Of a DNA stretch of 26,652 bases, positions 11,199 to 23,387 are shown piece by piece. This stretch comes from Trueperaceae bacterium (GTDB lineage Bacteria; Deinococcota; Deinococci; Deinococcales; Trueperaceae). The position numbers were made by a program, and so were the translations under genes. Location: NCBI GenBank assembly GCA_035703635.1, contig DASSXV010000028.1, positions 1-26,652 of the forward strand, in the 5' to 3' direction. The notes beneath the pieces are model-generated. The model worked only from the letters and a program-made list of their open reading frames with translations, did not search any database and was not told the DNA's origin. The stretch's first letter is position 1. Each line of letters starts with the position of its first letter.

Positions 11199-12670
11199 TT
11201 GCCGCCTCCGCCCTCGCTAAGCGTTCGCTCGCCTAGCGGCGTCGCGACGCGCTCCAGTTGTAGCGCGGTTATCTGCGACTGCGCCTCGATGCGTCCGAGG
11301 TGCGGCGCCGGGGCCAGGCCGAACCACAGCACGCCAACGACGACGGGCAGCAGCACGTACATCTCGAGGGAGTCGAGTTCAGCTACGCGCACGTTCTCCT
11401 TACCTTGGAACAGCCGCTGGGAGAGGTTGACGCCGTAAACACCGGCCGCGATGACCGCCAGCGTTGCGATGGTGGCGGGCCACGGCGCCGTCTGGAAGGC
11501 GCCAAGCAGCGACATGAACTCGCCAGGGAAGTTCGAGAGTCCAGGCACGCCGATGAAGGTGAAGATCAGGAAGAGCGCGAAGGCAGCGAGGGCGGGAGCC
11601 GACTTGGCGACGCCGCCGTAATCGGCCATGTCGAGCGAGCGCCTGCGGTGGTAGAGCATGCCCATCACGAGGAACAGTCCTCCCGTAGACACCATCTGGG
11701 CGGCGAGGAAGTACATGGCGCCACTCATGCCAGCCAAGTGCATGCCGAACACGCCAACGCCGATGATGCCCATGTGCGACAGCGAGCCGTACGCGAGGAA
11801 GCGCTTCAGGTGGTTGGTGCCCACCGCCCCTAGCGCCCCGTAGATCGCCGTTACGGCGGAGAGGGCGAGGAGCACGGGGGCAACGCGCACTGCGCCAGCC
11901 GGTAGCAGCGGCAGGGCCCAGGCGAAGAAGCCGAACGCGCCAACCTTGTAGAGCGAGCCAAGCACGTCAGCGGCGCCGGATGGGTGGTTCTGCTCGTTGA
12001 GGTCGACCAGCCAGGAGTGGAGCGGCCAGATGGGTAGCTTGACGGCCATGCCGATCGCTAGGCCGATGAACAGCCAGGTCTGCGTCGCGACGGGCAGGTT
12101 GGGCGTTACGAGCATCAGGTCGATGATGTGGAACGACGCCGCGCCGGAGAGGGTCTTGAGCGCCAACATGCTGACGAGCATGAAGAACGAGCCCGTTACG
12201 GCGTAGACGAGGTACTTGACGGTCGCCTCGCGCCGCTTCTCGCCGCCGTAGATGCCGAGGAGGAGGAGGCTGGGGATCAGCGTCGCTTCCCAGAAGACGT
12301 AGAAGAGCACGAGGTCCTTGGCCAAGAAGATGCCGTTGAGGCCAGCTTGCGCCACGAGCAGCAGCGCCGCGAACGTCGCGGCGCCCTTCGCCACGCGCGT
12401 GGTGGCCACGAGGATGGCCGGGATCATCATGAGGGCGGCGGCGAAGGCGAGGACGGCGCCTGCGCCGTTCCCGTCGAGGCTGAAGCTGACGCCGATGCCG
12501 GGCAGCCAGGGGGCGTCGAACGGGCGCGTGCCTGGCAGCAGGATGGCTAGGACGAGCACGGCAACGGAGCCTGCCAGGGCAAGCACGCGCGCCACCCCGA
12601 GGCTGCTGCGCGTAAGCGTGACGAGCACGGCGGCGAGTAGGGGAACGAGGATCATGAGGAGGGCAGTCAC
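11195..12670 (-). CDS. nuoM: NADH-quinone oxidoreductase subunit M
   Basis: FYVFWEATLIP, AVKLPIWPLHSWL, LYKVG, SHMG, FPGEF; position between nuoL and nuoN. Confidence 0.95.
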   Translation of the reverse strand: MTALLMILVPLLAAVLVTLTRSSLGVARVLALAGSVAVLVLAILLPGTRPFDAPWLPGIGVSFSLDGNGAGAVLAFAAALMMIPAILVATTRVAKGAATFAALLLVAQAGLNGIFLAKDLVLFYVFWEATLIPSLLLLGIYGGEKRREATVKYLVYAVTGSFFMLVSMLALKTLSGAASFHIIDLMLVTPNLPVATQTWLFIGLAIGMAVKLPIWPLHSWLVDLNEQNHPSGAADVLGSLYKVGAFGFFAWALPLLPAGAVRVAPVLLALSAVTAIYGALGAVGTNHLKRFLAYGSLSHMGIIGVGVFGMHLAGMSGAMYFLAAQMVSTGGLFLVMGMLYHRRRSLDMADYGGVAKSAPALAAFALFLIFTFIGVPGLSNFPGEFMSLLGAFQTAPWPATIATLAVIAAGVYGVNLSQRLFQGKENVRVAELDSLEMYVLLPVVVGVLWFGLAPAPHLGRIEAQSQITALQLERVATPLGERTLSEGGGGK

Positions 12671-14586
12671 TTGAACACCCCTACCAGCGCGGCGAGCAGG
12701 GTCAGGCCAGCGGCGCCGAGGAACATGGCGAAGGCGTACGTCCGGATGTACCCGGTCTGCCAGCGCCTGATGACCCCGCCAAGCAGCGGCACGAGGCCAC
12801 CGAGCGAGACGAGGCCGCGGTCTACCACTTCGCGGTCGAGGAGCGTCACGGCTTCTGCCGCGCCGCTGCCAGTGTCAGTGAACAGCGCCTTGTAGAGCGT
12901 GTCGAAGCCGAACGCACCCCTAGACGCCCCGGCCAGCACGGTGCCGCCGAAGCGCTTGGAGAAGGCGCCCTTACCAAGCGCGTACACCCAATAACCCAAG
13001 CCCAGCCCGAGCAGGGCGACTACGACGGAGCCGAGGAGCAAGAGCCACTCAGTGGTAACGCTTGGGTGCGAGAAGTCTCCCGCCGCCGTGGCGTGACCAA
13101 GCCAGTTGGCTATGCGGTTGTCGGTGAGGAACGCCGGCAAGCCGACGTAGCCGATCACCACGCTGCCGATGCCAAGAACGACGAGGGGCACGGTCATCAC
13201 GGCGGGCGACTCGTGAACCTTGCCGCTCACGGCGGCGTCCAGCCGCTCCTCGCCCGCGAAGACGAGGTAGTACCAGCGGAACATGTAGAACGCGGTTATG
13301 CCTGCCGTGATCATGAGCAGCGCGAAGAGCACGCTACCGCCAACGTCAGCCAACGCGCCGCTCGTGAAGGTGGCGACGAGAATGGCGTCCTTGCTGAAGA
13401 AGCCCGAGAGGAACGGCACGCCAGCGATGGCGAGCGTGGCAAGCAGCGCCATGGTCCCCGTCACCTTCATGCGTTTGCCGAGTCCGCCCATCTTGCGCAC
13501 GTCCTGCTCACCGCCGAGTGCATGAATGACGGAGCCCGCCGCGAGGAAGAGGAGCGCTTTGAAGAAGGCGTGGGTGAGGACGTGGAATATCCCGGCCCAG
13601 TAAGCGCCCGCCCCGACCGCCGCGATCATGAAGCCGACTTGGGAGATGGTCGAGTAGGCGAGGATGCGCTTGATGTCCGTTTGGCCGACGGCCGCGATGG
13701 CCGCCACGAGCGCAGTGAGCACGCCGACCCAGGCGACGGTCGCGAGGGCGGCTGGCGCCACGGCGTAAACGGCGCTAGTGCGAGCGATGAGGTAGACGCC
13801 CGCCGTGACCATGGTGGCGGCGTGGATGAGCGCCGAGACGGGCGTGGGGCCCGCCATGGCGTCTGGCAGCCAGACGTGCAGTGGCAGCTGCGCCGACTTG
13901 CCTGCCGCCGCCAGCAGGTAGAGCAGCCCGATGCCGGTGAGGGCAGCGGAGCCGTAGAGCATGGTCGGGGCCATGGCTGTCACGGTTTGGATGTCGAGGG
14001 TGCCGAACACCTTGAAGGTGAGGAACATGGCGAGCAGGAAGCCGAAGTCGCCGACGCGGTTGACGATGAACGCCTTGCGCCCCGCGCTGGCGTTGCTCAG
14101 GTCCTTGTACCAGAAGCCGATTAGTAGGAAGGAGCAAACGCCGACGCCTTCCCAACCGACGAACATGAGCACGAAAGAGTCGGCCATGACGAGGACGAGC
14201 ATGGCGGCGATGAACAAGTTGAGTTGCGCGAAGAAGCGCGAGTAGCCGTCGTCGCCCTTCATGTACCCGATGGAGTAGACGTGGATGAGGAAGCCGACGC
14301 CCGTGATTATCAGCATCATCACGGTGCTGAGTTGGTCGAAGTGGAACCCGAGGGCGACGTTGAAATCGCCCGCCTTGAGGAACTCACCGAAACCGACGCG
14401 TACCGCCTCACCGCTGCCTGCCACGTCAAGGAAGGCCATCGCCGAGAGCACGAACCCGAGGCCAACGGCCACGCTGGCGATGATGCCAGGCAGCGGCTCC
14501 TTGAGGTTGCGCCCGAAGAAAGCGTTGACGAGGCTGCCAAGCAACGCTAGTAGCGGGGCCAGGGAGGCCCAGGCTGCGACGGTCAT
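12667..14586 (-). CDS. nuoL: NADH-quinone oxidoreductase subunit L
   Basis: [66 protein letters not shown]. Confidence 0.97.
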   Translation of the reverse strand: MTVAAWASLAPLLALLGSLVNAFFGRNLKEPLPGIIASVAVGLGFVLSAMAFLDVAGSGEAVRVGFGEFLKAGDFNVALGFHFDQLSTVMMLIITGVGFLIHVYSIGYMKGDDGYSRFFAQLNLFIAAMLVLVMADSFVLMFVGWEGVGVCSFLLIGFWYKDLSNASAGRKAFIVNRVGDFGFLLAMFLTFKVFGTLDIQTVTAMAPTMLYGSAALTGIGLLYLLAAAGKSAQLPLHVWLPDAMAGPTPVSALIHAATMVTAGVYLIARTSAVYAVAPAALATVAWVGVLTALVAAIAAVGQTDIKRILAYSTISQVGFMIAAVGAGAYWAGIFHVLTHAFFKALLFLAAGSVIHALGGEQDVRKMGGLGKRMKVTGTMALLATLAIAGVPFLSGFFSKDAILVATFTSGALADVGGSVLFALLMITAGITAFYMFRWYYLVFAGEERLDAAVSGKVHESPAVMTVPLVVLGIGSVVIGYVGLPAFLTDNRIANWLGHATAAGDFSHPSVTTEWLLLLGSVVVALLGLGLGYWVYALGKGAFSKRFGGTVLAGASRGAFGFDTLYKALFTDTGSGAAEAVTLLDREVVDRGLVSLGGLVPLLGGVIRRWQTGYIRTYAFAMFLGAAGLTLLAALVGVFK

Positions 14587-14903
14587 GCGCGTACCTCCGA
14601 GAGCTCGTCCACGTTGGTGCTGACGCGGTTACGGAAGATGGCGACCAGGATGCCGAGGCCAACGGCCACTTCGGCGGCCGCCACCGCCAGAACGATGAAG
14701 ACCGCCGTCTGGCCGTCTAGGGCGGCGTTGCCGCCACTGGCGCTCCAGTCGCGCGCGAAGGCGACCATGGCGAGGTTGGCTGCGTTGAGCATCAGCTCGA
14801 CCGAGAGGAACAGCATGATCGCGCTGCGGCGCGTGAGCACGCCGATGCCACCGAGGGCGAACAGGATGGCGCTGAGGCCAACGTAGTACTCGGTCGCTAC
14901 CAT
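14583..14903 (-). CDS. nuoK: NADH-quinone oxidoreductase subunit K
   Basis: [11 protein letters not shown] and AAAEVAVGL carry both conserved Glu residues; three TM segments. Confidence 0.96.
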   Translation of the reverse strand: MVATEYYVGLSAILFALGGIGVLTRRSAIMLFLSVELMLNAANLAMVAFARDWSASGGNAALDGQTAVFIVLAVAAAEVAVGLGILVAIFRNRVSTNVDELSEVRA

Positions 14904-15511
14904 CAGTGGCTCCCCGTTGCCAGGTCGCTGGCGTGCTCTTCTGGCGCCGTGACGCCGAGGTAAGGCTCATGCGGTGCGCCGCGCGTCGCGAGCGGCCGCT
15001 GCGGCCGCGTCTCAGGCGCGGCGCGTTGTACGAGGCTCACCGCGGCCACTACGCCCGTGAGGAGTAGTACGCCAACGAGTTGGAAGGCGAGTAGGTAATC
15101 GGTGAAGAGGACCTCGCCGATCTTGTCAGCGTTGCCTCCGCCGAGCGCAGCGTCGATCACGGCCGCCTCCGGCAGTTGGGTTCGCGTGAGAACCACGACC
15201 GTGATGACGGCAGCCGTAGCCACCCCTGCGGAGGCCCAAGCGGCGGGCTTCAACCACGTGAGGCGGTCGCCGAGCTTCTCACCGCCGACGTTGAGGAGCA
15301 TGATCACGAAGAGGAAGAGCACCATGATGGCGCCCGCGTAGACGATCACCTGAATCGCGGCGAGGAAGTGCGCTTGGAGCGTCACGTACGTTACGGCGAG
15401 CGCGAGTAGCGTGCCGACTAGCGCTAACGCCGCGTGGACCGGTTGGCGCAAGGTGATGACACCTACGCCGCCGGCCACGAGCAGGACGGCTAGGATTACG
15501 AAGCCGACCAT
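14903..15511 (-). CDS. nuoJ: NADH-quinone oxidoreductase subunit J
   Basis: [39 protein letters not shown]. Confidence 0.95.
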   Translation of the reverse strand: MVGFVILAVLLVAGGVGVITLRQPVHAALALVGTLLALAVTYVTLQAHFLAAIQVIVYAGAIMVLFLFVIMLLNVGGEKLGDRLTWLKPAAWASAGVATAAVITVVVLTRTQLPEAAVIDAALGGGNADKIGEVLFTDYLLAFQLVGVLLLTGVVAAVSLVQRAAPETRPQRPLATRGAPHEPYLGVTAPEEHASDLATGSH

Positions 15512-15512
15512 G

Positions 15513-16040
15513 TCAGTAGTCCACGCCTTCTAGCTCCACGCGGTGGCCGGCCTCGAAGCCGAGGGTAACGTCCTTGCCTTTGGCCTCAGCCTCGCGGCGC
15601 TGCCACTTGCTGCCCTTGGTGCCAACCAGCATGTCTTCTTTGCCGTAAACGAAGTCCTGGTAGCGGAAGTCGGCCATCTCGAACTCGTGGCCAAGCACCA
15701 CCGCGCCGGTCGGACAGGCTTCCTCGCAGAAACCGCAGAAGATGCAGCGCAGCATGTTGATCTCGTAGATCTTCGCGTAGCGCTCGCCTGCGGACGTCGG
15801 GTTGTTGGGGTCGTTCTCCGCCGCCTCGACGTAGATGGCGTAGGACGGGCAGGCTGCGGCGCACAGCGAGCAGCCGATGCACTTCTCGAGGTCGGTGTCT
15901 GGGTGGCGCAGGAGGTGGTGGCGCCCGCGGAAGCGCGGGAGCATGGCTACCTTGTCGCGCGGGTACTGCACGGTAACGGGCCGCTTGAACAAGTAGCCGA
16001 GGGTGAGCCCCATCCCTTTGGCGATGTCGATGACGCTCAT
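15513..16040 (-). CDS. nuoI: NADH-quinone oxidoreductase subunit I
   Basis: Two CxxCxxCxxxCP motifs ([24 protein letters not shown]) and RFRGRH; GGAGGT upstream. Confidence 0.97.
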   Translation of the reverse strand: MSVIDIAKGMGLTLGYLFKRPVTVQYPRDKVAMLPRFRGRHHLLRHPDTDLEKCIGCSLCAAACPSYAIYVEAAENDPNNPTSAGERYAKIYEINMLRCIFCGFCEEACPTGAVVLGHEFEMADFRYQDFVYGKEDMLVGTKGSKWQRREAEAKGKDVTLGFEAGHRVELEGVDY

Positions 16041-16103
16041 CAGCGTGTACCTCCGTGGCGCGGTGCGCTAGCCGCGCGCCCTGTCAGGTTGACCGCTCGG
16101 GCC

Positions 16104-17123
16104 TCAGATGACATAGGCGATCACCGCCCCGGTCACGAGCGCAGCCAAGAGCGCGAACTCGAACACGTAGAGCCAACCGAAGCGCATGAGTTGGTCGTAC
16201 CGCAACCGTGGCAGGGTCGCCTTCAACCAGATGAAGAGGAACATGAAGATGGCCATCTTCAGCACTAACCAGATGATCGGCCACTCCGAGATGCCGGGGA
16301 TCCAGGCGTCCAGGAACGCGGGCCCGCGGTAACCGCCGAGGAAGAGGGTGCTGATGAAGGCGGAAGCCGTCATCATGTTCACGTACTCCGCCATCTGGTA
16401 GAGCGCCCACTTGATGGAGGAGAACTCGGTGAGGTAACCGGCCACGAGTTCCTGCTCGGCCTCCGGGAGGTCGAAGGGCGTGCGGTTCACTTCGGCCGTG
16501 CCGCTGATGACGAAGGTCGTGAAGGCGAGTAGCAGCCCCGGCCACAGCCACGGGCTGACTGACCAGATACCGACCTCGACGATCTCGCGCAGGTTGAGGG
16601 TGCCTGCCACCATGATGACCGCCAACACGCTGAGGCCGAGCCCTAGCTCGTAACTGATGATCTGCGCGCTAGAGCGCAGGCTGCCAAGCAGCGAGTACTT
16701 GCTGTTCGACGCCCACCCGCCGAGGAAGATGCCGTACACCCCGAGTGAGGTGGCGGCGAAGATGTACAGGATGCCGATGTCGAGGTCCATGACCCACGGG
16801 TTGAGGCCGAAGAGGCTGCCTGCCGGACCCGCCGGTATGGCGCCGAACGCCGACAGCGCGAAGACGATGCTGATGGCCGGCGCCAGCACGAGCACGAACT
16901 TGTCGGCCGCCGTCACGACCAGGTCCTCTTTGAAGATGGTCTTGATGGCGTCCGCGATGGGCTGCAACCAACCGCCTGGGCCCGTGAGGTTCGGGCCGTA
17001 ACGGTGCTGGAAGCGCCCGAGCAGCTTGCGTTCGATGACCGTCATGTACGCGAACGCGCCAAGCAGGACAACGCACAGCACGAGGGCCTTGAGAAAGGTC
17101 ACCCAGAGCGGGTCGTGGATCAC
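16104..17123 (-). CDS. nuoH: NADH-quinone oxidoreductase subunit H
   Basis: ERK...[13 protein letters not shown]...[33 protein letters not shown]. Confidence 0.97.
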   Translation of the reverse strand: MIHDPLWVTFLKALVLCVVLLGAFAYMTVIERKLLGRFQHRYGPNLTGPGGWLQPIADAIKTIFKEDLVVTAADKFVLVLAPAISIVFALSAFGAIPAGPAGSLFGLNPWVMDLDIGILYIFAATSLGVYGIFLGGWASNSKYSLLGSLRSSAQIISYELGLGLSVLAVIMVAGTLNLREIVEVGIWSVSPWLWPGLLLAFTTFVISGTAEVNRTPFDLPEAEQELVAGYLTEFSSIKWALYQMAEYVNMMTASAFISTLFLGGYRGPAFLDAWIPGISEWPIIWLVLKMAIFMFLFIWLKATLPRLRYDQLMRFGWLYVFEFALLAALVTGAVIAYVI

Positions 17124-19576
17124 GAGGCGACCTCCAAGCTGATCTGCTCGACCACGACGCTGGCGAGGTCAGCCTGGGCGAGGCCGACCGGCTGGTCAGG
17201 CAAGCACGGGACGGTCATGAGGCCGCGCGGCACGCCGTCGGTGACGCTCACCACGGCCTTGCGCCAGGTGGCTCCTACCCTGATGCGTACCTCCGCGCCT
17301 TGCATGAGCGAGTGCTTGGCCGCGTCTTCCGGGTGGACGCGCAGACGCGCGCCGCCGACCGCTGCCGCAAGGTGAGGGTTCAGGTGGAGGTACTCTGCGC
17401 GCGCCATGCTGGGCACGATCAGGACGTTGCCGGTTGCCTTGACCGGGTTCGCTTCACGCGCCACGAACTTGGCGCTGGCGCGGCCCTTGAAGCGCGGTAG
17501 CGCGCCCGTGTCCGGCAGGTCGGCCAGTTCGAGGTCGAAGCGCTTCTTGAGTGCGCGCCTAGCGGAGCGCACGCTGCGGCCGTCGAGGCGCTTGCCGATG
17601 GCGTCTCCGATGGCGCGCACGACGCCAGTGAGATCGGCGCTGCTGCCGGCGTCAACCGGGGCTGCCCTCACTGGGAGGAAGCGGCCTTCGAGGTTGACGA
17701 CGGTGCCGTCGCGCTCGTAGACGCTCGCAGCTGGTAGCACGACGTCGGCAAGTAACGCCGTCTCCGTTAGGAAGATGTCGTGTACGACGAGCAGCTCTTT
17801 GCCGCGCAGGCGCTCCTTCAGGTCGTCGTCCTGAGCGGGGTCGAGGTTGGAGATGATGAGCGCCTTGGCGCCCTCTAGCATGCCCGCGTAAGCGTAGCGC
17901 TCGTGGCTTGGCAGCACGCCGAGCAGTTCGAGGCCGTAGCTGTTCGCCATCGGCCCGACGGCCATCTCTTTGATCCCGACGGCCTTGGCGAAGGCGCGCG
18001 CGGCATCGGCGGCTTCGCGGGTAGCTAGCACGAACCCGCCAAGCACGAGGACGCCGTTCTTGGCGGCGGCTAGTTGCGCGACCGTGGCGCGTGCTGCCGC
18101 GCTCGTCAATCCGACGGCCGTTTCCTCACTCGCGCTGAGGGTGGCGTTGGCGTCGCTAGCGAGTTTGGTGAGGCCCTTGAAGAAGGCGGCCTCCCCGGCG
18201 ACGGGGTAAGTGGCCTTAGCGCCCGCATGGCGCATCAGGTCAACGCGATAAGGCGCCGCGACGGTGAGGAGTTCACGCTTGCGAGGCATGCGCTCTTTGA
18301 GGCGCAGGTCGGCGATCGGCACCCCGTGCGCCATGAGCGTCGGTGGTGTAACGCCCTTGAGGGCGTCCTTGATCCGCAGATCGAGGATGCCCGCTTCCTC
18401 CGTCACGTCGCCGACGACCAAGATGGCGTCCGCCGTCGCGAGGTCGGTGAGCGTTGCGGGGTCGCGCTGGCTGATGACGCTGGCGCCAGGGCGCGGGAAG
18501 TGGTCGAGTTGGCCGGTGCCGAGCTCCTCCGCTAGGGCCATGGCAGCCACGCCCTCCTCGAGGGTGGCGTCCGCGCGGATGACGACGCCGACGTCCTTGC
18601 CGCTCAAGCCCTTGAGGCGCTCGGCGATGAAGGCGGCGGCCTCGTCCCACGTGGCTGGCTGCAGTTCACCCTGGCGCCGCACCAGCGGCATGGTCAAGCG
18701 CTCTTCCGACGCGCTGTACTCGTGACCGAAGCGCACGCCGTCGTCGATCCAGGTCTTGTTGACGTCTGGGTTGAGGCCGGCCTTGATGCGTTCTATGCGC
18801 CCAGTGCGGGCGTCGACGATGATGGCCGCGCCGCTGGCGTCGTCCATGCTGGTAGTCCGCGTGTGGTCGTACTCCCAGTTGCGCCCCCTGAAGCGGCTGG
18901 AGGCGTCGAGGAGTGCGCCGACCGGGCAGATGTCCGCGATGTTGCCGGAGAAGTTGCTCGGCAGGCCAGCGTCGGCCGTGCCGATGTAGGTGTGGGGGCC
19001 ACGTTCGATGAAGTCTAGGACCTCGTCGCCAGGCACTTCCTCGAAGAAGCGCACGCAGCGCTTGCAGTGGATGCAGCGCTCGCGGTCGAGGGTGATGAGT
19101 TCGGACAGCGGGTGGTGCTTCTCGGAGTGGCGCTTGTCGAACTCGAAGCGCGAGAGGCCGTTGCCGTACTCGTAAGAGCGGTCCTGCAGCTCGCAAGCGC
19201 CGCCCTTGTCGCACACGGGGCAGTCGAGCGGGTGGTTGATGAGCGTGAACTCGACCATGCCGTTCTGAGCGTTCTTGACCTGCTCAGACTCGGTGTCAAT
19301 GACCATGCCCTCCATGACCTGCGTCGTGCAGGTGGCCATGAGGTTAGGGAACCAGAAGATCTTTGGTTCACCAGTCGCCTCGTCGAGGATCCAGTTGCCG
19401 TCGCGGTCCTTGCGCGGCGCGCCCACCTTCGCGAGGCACATGCGACAGGCGCCGATAGGCGACATGTACTCCTGGCTGCAGAAGTACGGGACGTCGCCGC
19501 CGGCAGCGAACACAGCGTCGATGGCGCTAGTGCCGGGGGCGAAGTCGAGCTCGACGTCGTTGATGCGCACCTTCAT
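17120..19576 (-). CDS. nuoG: NADH-quinone oxidoreductase subunit G
   Basis: N1b (C..GACRMC..ATC), N5 ([14 protein letters not shown]) and N4 (CIHCKRC..DICP) motifs plus a molybdopterin-oxidoreductase-like C-terminus. Start ATG 19576 overlaps the nuoF stop (ATGA). Confidence 0.96.
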   Translation of the reverse strand: MKVRINDVELDFAPGTSAIDAVFAAGGDVPYFCSQEYMSPIGACRMCLAKVGAPRKDRDGNWILDEATGEPKIFWFPNLMATCTTQVMEGMVIDTESEQVKNAQNGMVEFTLINHPLDCPVCDKGGACELQDRSYEYGNGLSRFEFDKRHSEKHHPLSELITLDRERCIHCKRCVRFFEEVPGDEVLDFIERGPHTYIGTADAGLPSNFSGNIADICPVGALLDASSRFRGRNWEYDHTRTTSMDDASGAAIIVDARTGRIERIKAGLNPDVNKTWIDDGVRFGHEYSASEERLTMPLVRRQGELQPATWDEAAAFIAERLKGLSGKDVGVVIRADATLEEGVAAMALAEELGTGQLDHFPRPGASVISQRDPATLTDLATADAILVVGDVTEEAGILDLRIKDALKGVTPPTLMAHGVPIADLRLKERMPRKRELLTVAAPYRVDLMRHAGAKATYPVAGEAAFFKGLTKLASDANATLSASEETAVGLTSAAARATVAQLAAAKNGVLVLGGFVLATREAADAARAFAKAVGIKEMAVGPMANSYGLELLGVLPSHERYAYAGMLEGAKALIISNLDPAQDDDLKERLRGKELLVVHDIFLTETALLADVVLPAASVYERDGTVVNLEGRFLPVRAAPVDAGSSADLTGVVRAIGDAIGKRLDGRSVRSARRALKKRFDLELADLPDTGALPRFKGRASAKFVAREANPVKATGNVLIVPSMARAEYLHLNPHLAAAVGGARLRVHPEDAAKHSLMQGAEVRIRVGATWRKAVVSVTDGVPRGLMTVPCLPDQPVGLAQADLASVVVEQISLEVAS

Positions 19577-20925
19577 GCTTGCCACCAGTCGTTCTTGGCG
19601 TACTTGGACTTACCGTTAGCCGCCAGGTAGTCGTACTCGTCACGGAACCACTTGAGGCTGGCCTGCACCGGCATGATGCACGCGTCAGCGAGCGGACAGA
19701 ACGCGGTGCCCCTGATGTTGCCTGCCACGTTCTCGAGGAGGTCGACGTCCGCTGGCGTGCCCAGCCCCGCGAGGAGCTTCTGGTACATCCGCGGTAGCCA
19801 GTGACCGACGCCCTCGCGGCAAGGCGTGCACTTGCCGCACGACTCGTGGCTGTAGAAGCGCACGAGGTTGTAGAGCGCGTCGACGATGCACTTGTCGCGC
19901 GGGATGACGATCACGCCACCCGTGCCGAGCATCGAACCGTTCTTCGCCAGCGTGCCGTAATCCATCGCCATGTCGAGGAAGCGGTCCTCCCATGGGAACA
20001 TCGGGGTCGATGACCCACCAGGGATGAACGCCTTCGGTTCCATGGTCGGGCCGCCAGCGAAGTCGTAGATGAGCTCGCGGAAGGTGGCCCCCATCGGCAT
20101 CTCGTACACACCGGTGCGCTTGACGGGGCCGGAGATCTGGTAGAGCTTCGTGCCCTTGCTGTCTTCCGTGCCCATGGAAGCGAACCAGGTGGCGCCCTTG
20201 TTGATGATGTGCACCACGCTCGTGAGGCTCGTGACGTTGTTGATGGTCGTCGGGCGCCCGTACATGCCAGCCGCCGCAGGGAACGGCGGCTTGAGGCGCG
20301 GAGTCGCGCGCAGGCCCTCTAGCGAGTTCATGAGCGCGGTCTCCTCACCGCAGATGTACGCGCCAGCGCCGCGGTGAACGGTGATATCGAAGGAGAAGTC
20401 CGTGCCGAGGATGTTCTTGCCGAGCAGCCCGGCCGCGCGCGCCTGCTCGATGGCCCTGACGGTGCGCTCGATGCCAAGGTAGTACTCGCCGCGCACGTAG
20501 ATGAAGCCGAAGTTCATGCGCATGGCGTACCCGGCGATGATCATGCCCTCGATGAGTTGGTGCGGGTCGTCCTCGAGGATGTAGCGGTCCTTGAACGAGC
20601 CGGGCTCCGACTCGTCCGCGTTGCACACCAGGTAGCGCGGTTCGTCACCTGCTGGTGGCGCGACGAACGACCACTTGACTCCGGTCGGGAAACCAGCGCC
20701 TCCGCGGCCCCTCAGCCCGGATGCCTTGACCTCGTCGATCACTTGCGGGACGGTCATCTCGGTGAGGACCTTGCGGGCGGCGGAGTAACCGCCGTGGCCG
20801 CGGTAGAAGTCGAGTTCGTGCGCGCCATCGACCCCCACGTAGCGGTACATCGTCACCTCGTAGCGCGGGTCGTGACGGCTGATGATCGGCGCCGGCTTGT
20901 CTGCGCTGACGGACTGGTCGCTCAC
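19573..20925 (-). CDS. nuoF: NADH-quinone oxidoreductase subunit F
   Basis: [39 protein letters not shown]3 ligands [16 protein letters not shown]. Start GTG 20925, 1 nt after the nuoE stop, behind a G-rich SD. Confidence 0.95.
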   Translation of the reverse strand: MSDQSVSADKPAPIISRHDPRYEVTMYRYVGVDGAHELDFYRGHGGYSAARKVLTEMTVPQVIDEVKASGLRGRGGAGFPTGVKWSFVAPPAGDEPRYLVCNADESEPGSFKDRYILEDDPHQLIEGMIIAGYAMRMNFGFIYVRGEYYLGIERTVRAIEQARAAGLLGKNILGTDFSFDITVHRGAGAYICGEETALMNSLEGLRATPRLKPPFPAAAGMYGRPTTINNVTSLTSVVHIINKGATWFASMGTEDSKGTKLYQISGPVKRTGVYEMPMGATFRELIYDFAGGPTMEPKAFIPGGSSTPMFPWEDRFLDMAMDYGTLAKNGSMLGTGGVIVIPRDKCIVDALYNLVRFYSHESCGKCTPCREGVGHWLPRMYQKLLAGLGTPADVDLLENVAGNIRGTAFCPLADACIMPVQASLKWFRDEYDYLAANGKSKYAKNDWWQA

Positions 20926-20926
20926 C

Positions 20927-21532
20927 TCACCCCTCCCCTCGTTGGGCACCCTTGGCGGCTTGGTTGTCAAGCGCCGTTGGTTTCTGAGCGCCCTCCGTGT
21001 CGCCGCCGCGTTCCCGCCAGGCGGGCGGCTGTTCGCCTTGGCGCAACGAGTCGATCAGGTGCTGGCAGCGGCCGCGCCCTACTCGCTCGTAGTACGTGTC
21101 GTTCACCTGCAGCACGGGTGCGGTGCCGCACGAGCCTACGCACTCGACCTTCTGCAAGCTGAACTGGCCGTCTGCGCTCGTCTCGCCGTTGACGATTCCG
21201 AGCTCCTCGACCAGGAACTCGTACATCTCGTTAGCGCCAGCTAGTGCGCAGGAGAGCGTCGAGCAAACTTGAACATGGAACTTGCCGACTGGTTGCTCGT
21301 GGAAGGTGGAGTAGAAGGACAGCACGCCCTTCACTTCGGTTGCCGTGGTGCCGACGATCTCGGCGATCTCGTGGATACGGGCGTCGCTGATGTGGCGCTC
21401 TGCGCGCTGCACTTCCCAGAGCAGCGGCATCACGGCGCTGCGCTTGCCTTCCTCCGGGTAGCGCGCCAGGATCTCGGCGACCCTCTCTGGTTGGCTTGCG
21501 AAGAACGGAGTGACTGTGTTCAGTTCGATCAT
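20927..21532 (-). CDS. nuoE: NADH-quinone oxidoreductase subunit E
   Basis: SAVMPLL, SFYSTF and N1a ligands VCSTLSC...ECVGSC. Confidence 0.95.
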   Translation of the reverse strand: MIELNTVTPFFASQPERVAEILARYPEEGKRSAVMPLLWEVQRAERHISDARIHEIAEIVGTTATEVKGVLSFYSTFHEQPVGKFHVQVCSTLSCALAGANEMYEFLVEELGIVNGETSADGQFSLQKVECVGSCGTAPVLQVNDTYYERVGRGRCQHLIDSLRQGEQPPAWRERGGDTEGAQKPTALDNQAAKGAQRGEG

Positions 21533-21540
21533 CTGCTCAC

Positions 21541-22767
21541 TTACTTATCTACGTCGCCAAGGACGGGGTCGAAACTCGCGATGTTGATGACCATGTCGGC
21601 GAAGAGCCCGCCTAAGCTAGATGGCTCGAGGGACTGCAGGTTAGCGAGGCTAGGCGCCTTGACTTTCACGCGGTAAGGCATCGAGCCGCCGTCGCTGATC
21701 ACGTAGTAGCCGAGCTCCCCGCGAGCGCTCTCGGTCGGCACGTATACCTCCCCGCGCGGCGGGTGGAAGCCTTCCGTAACGAGCTTGAAGTGGAAGATCA
21801 CGGCCTCCATGGAGTTCTCGAGCTCCTGGCGCGGCGGGAGGCTGATGCGCCTGTCCGGGTCCTTCACCGGCCCTGGCTCGAGCATGTCGAGGGCCTGCGA
21901 GACGATGCGGCAGCTCTCGATCATCTCCTCATACCGCACGAGGATGCGGGCGTAGATGTCGCCTGCCTCGTGGGTTGGCACGTCGAAGACGTAGTCCTCG
22001 TACCCGGAGTAGGGCGCGTTCTTGCGGTAGTCGAGGTTCACGCCGCTGGCGCGGGCACTTGGGCCAGTCAAGGCGTAGTCGATGGCCATCTCGCGCGTTA
22101 CCACCGCAACGCCCTGCGTGCGGGCCATGAGGATGCTGTTGCCCATGAAGAGGGTGAAGTACTCGTCGAGGTACTTGGGGAACGCCGCCAACCACTTGCG
22201 CACCATCGGCTCGAAGTCGTCAGGGACGTCCTGGTAGAGGCCGCCGACGCGGAAGTAGCCGTAGTTCATGCGCACGCCAGACACGGCCTCGAAGATGTCC
22301 ATCAGGCCTTCGCGTTCGCGCATGCAGTAGAAGTACGGGGTGAGGGCGCCCATGTCGAGCATCGTCGTGCCGAAGAACACCAAGTGGCTCGCCAAGCGGT
22401 TCAGCTCGGTGAGGATCACGCGGATGCGCTGGGCGCGCACAGGCACGCGGGCGTCCATCAGCTTCTCGACGGCCAACATGTAGGCGAGGTCGTGGGCGAA
22501 GCCGTGCAGGTAGTCCATGCGGTTCGAGTAGGTGACGCCCTGCTGGTAGGTGCGGTTCTCCATGGTCTTCTCGAAGCCGGTGTGGAGGTAGCCGACCTGC
22601 GGCTTGAGGGACACGATCTGCTCACCGTCTAGGTCGACGACGAGGCGCAGCACGCCGTGCGTACTCGGGTGTTGCGGGCCCACGTTGATGCGCATGAAAC
22701 GCGTCGAGAACGAGCCTGGCAGTTCGGCTTCGGGCGCCACGGTTTGATTGACGTTCTTGTTGGCCAC
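21541..22767 (-). CDS. nuoD: NADH-quinone oxidoreductase subunit D
   Basis: [34 protein letters not shown]-terminal GDVDK. Confidence 0.97.
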   Translation of the reverse strand: MANKNVNQTVAPEAELPGSFSTRFMRINVGPQHPSTHGVLRLVVDLDGEQIVSLKPQVGYLHTGFEKTMENRTYQQGVTYSNRMDYLHGFAHDLAYMLAVEKLMDARVPVRAQRIRVILTELNRLASHLVFFGTTMLDMGALTPYFYCMREREGLMDIFEAVSGVRMNYGYFRVGGLYQDVPDDFEPMVRKWLAAFPKYLDEYFTLFMGNSILMARTQGVAVVTREMAIDYALTGPSARASGVNLDYRKNAPYSGYEDYVFDVPTHEAGDIYARILVRYEEMIESCRIVSQALDMLEPGPVKDPDRRISLPPRQELENSMEAVIFHFKLVTEGFHPPRGEVYVPTESARGELGYYVISDGGSMPYRVKVKAPSLANLQSLEPSSLGGLFADMVINIASFDPVLGDVDK

Positions 22768-22769
22768 GG

Positions 22770-23387
22770 CTACTCCCTCCCCTCGCCAGGCAGCTCGCCT
22801 TGGCTGCTGATCACGCCGTCGCGCGCCCCGCCCTTCCAGCCCGTAAGCCCCTGGTCGCGGCCAGTTAGGCCCGAGCGGAAGGTGGCTGGGTCGAGGAAGC
22901 GCCCGTCGTTGAACAACGTCGGAGTCTCACCGAGCGGGAAGTCCTTGCGGTGAGGGTGGCCGTCCAGGTCCTCGGGGGTGAGGAGCTTGCGCAGGTTCGG
23001 GTGGCCTTCGAACTCGATGCCCAGCATGTCGAAAGTCTCGCGCTCGAGGAAGTCAGCGCCGCGCCACACGCCGGTCGCGGTCGGCAGGCTCTCGCCGTCT
23101 TCGACCTCGACGCGCAAGAAGAGGCGCACGGCGCCGTGCAGGTCGTGCACGTTGTAGACGACCGCGAAACGCTTACCGCGGTGGCCGGGGTAGGTGAGAT
23201 AGTCGATGCCGAAGATGTCCGAGAGGAGCTCGAGACCCGCACCGCGGGCGGCAGTGAGCGCCTCGATGATGTGCGCCTTGCCGATGGTGACGCTCGTCAT
23301 GCCCTTGAACTCGCTGACGACGCCGCCTAGGTCCGTCATGGCGTCAAGCACGCCCTTGAGGCTGGCGCCCGCGTCGAGATCGCTCAT
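22770..23387 (-). CDS. nuoC: NADH-quinone oxidoreductase subunit C
   Basis: [23 protein letters not shown] and [10 protein letters not shown]; not fused to nuoD. Confidence 0.95.
   Translation of the reverse strand: MSDLDAGASLKGVLDAMTDLGGVVSEFKGMTSVTIGKAHIIEALTAARGAGLELLSDIFGIDYLTYPGHRGKRFAVVYNVHDLHGAVRLFLRVEVEDGESLPTATGVWRGADFLERETFDMLGIEFEGHPNLRKLLTPEDLDGHPHRKDFPLGETPTLFNDGRFLDPATFRSGLTGRDQGLTGWKGGARDGVISSQGELPGEGRE

Noticed and set aside
16068..16106. Read-through or recoding of the nuoH TGA into the nuoH-nuoI gap
   Set aside because: NuoH is complete at its last TM helix, the extension would be only about 11 codons before a TAG, and no SECIS-like element is evident.
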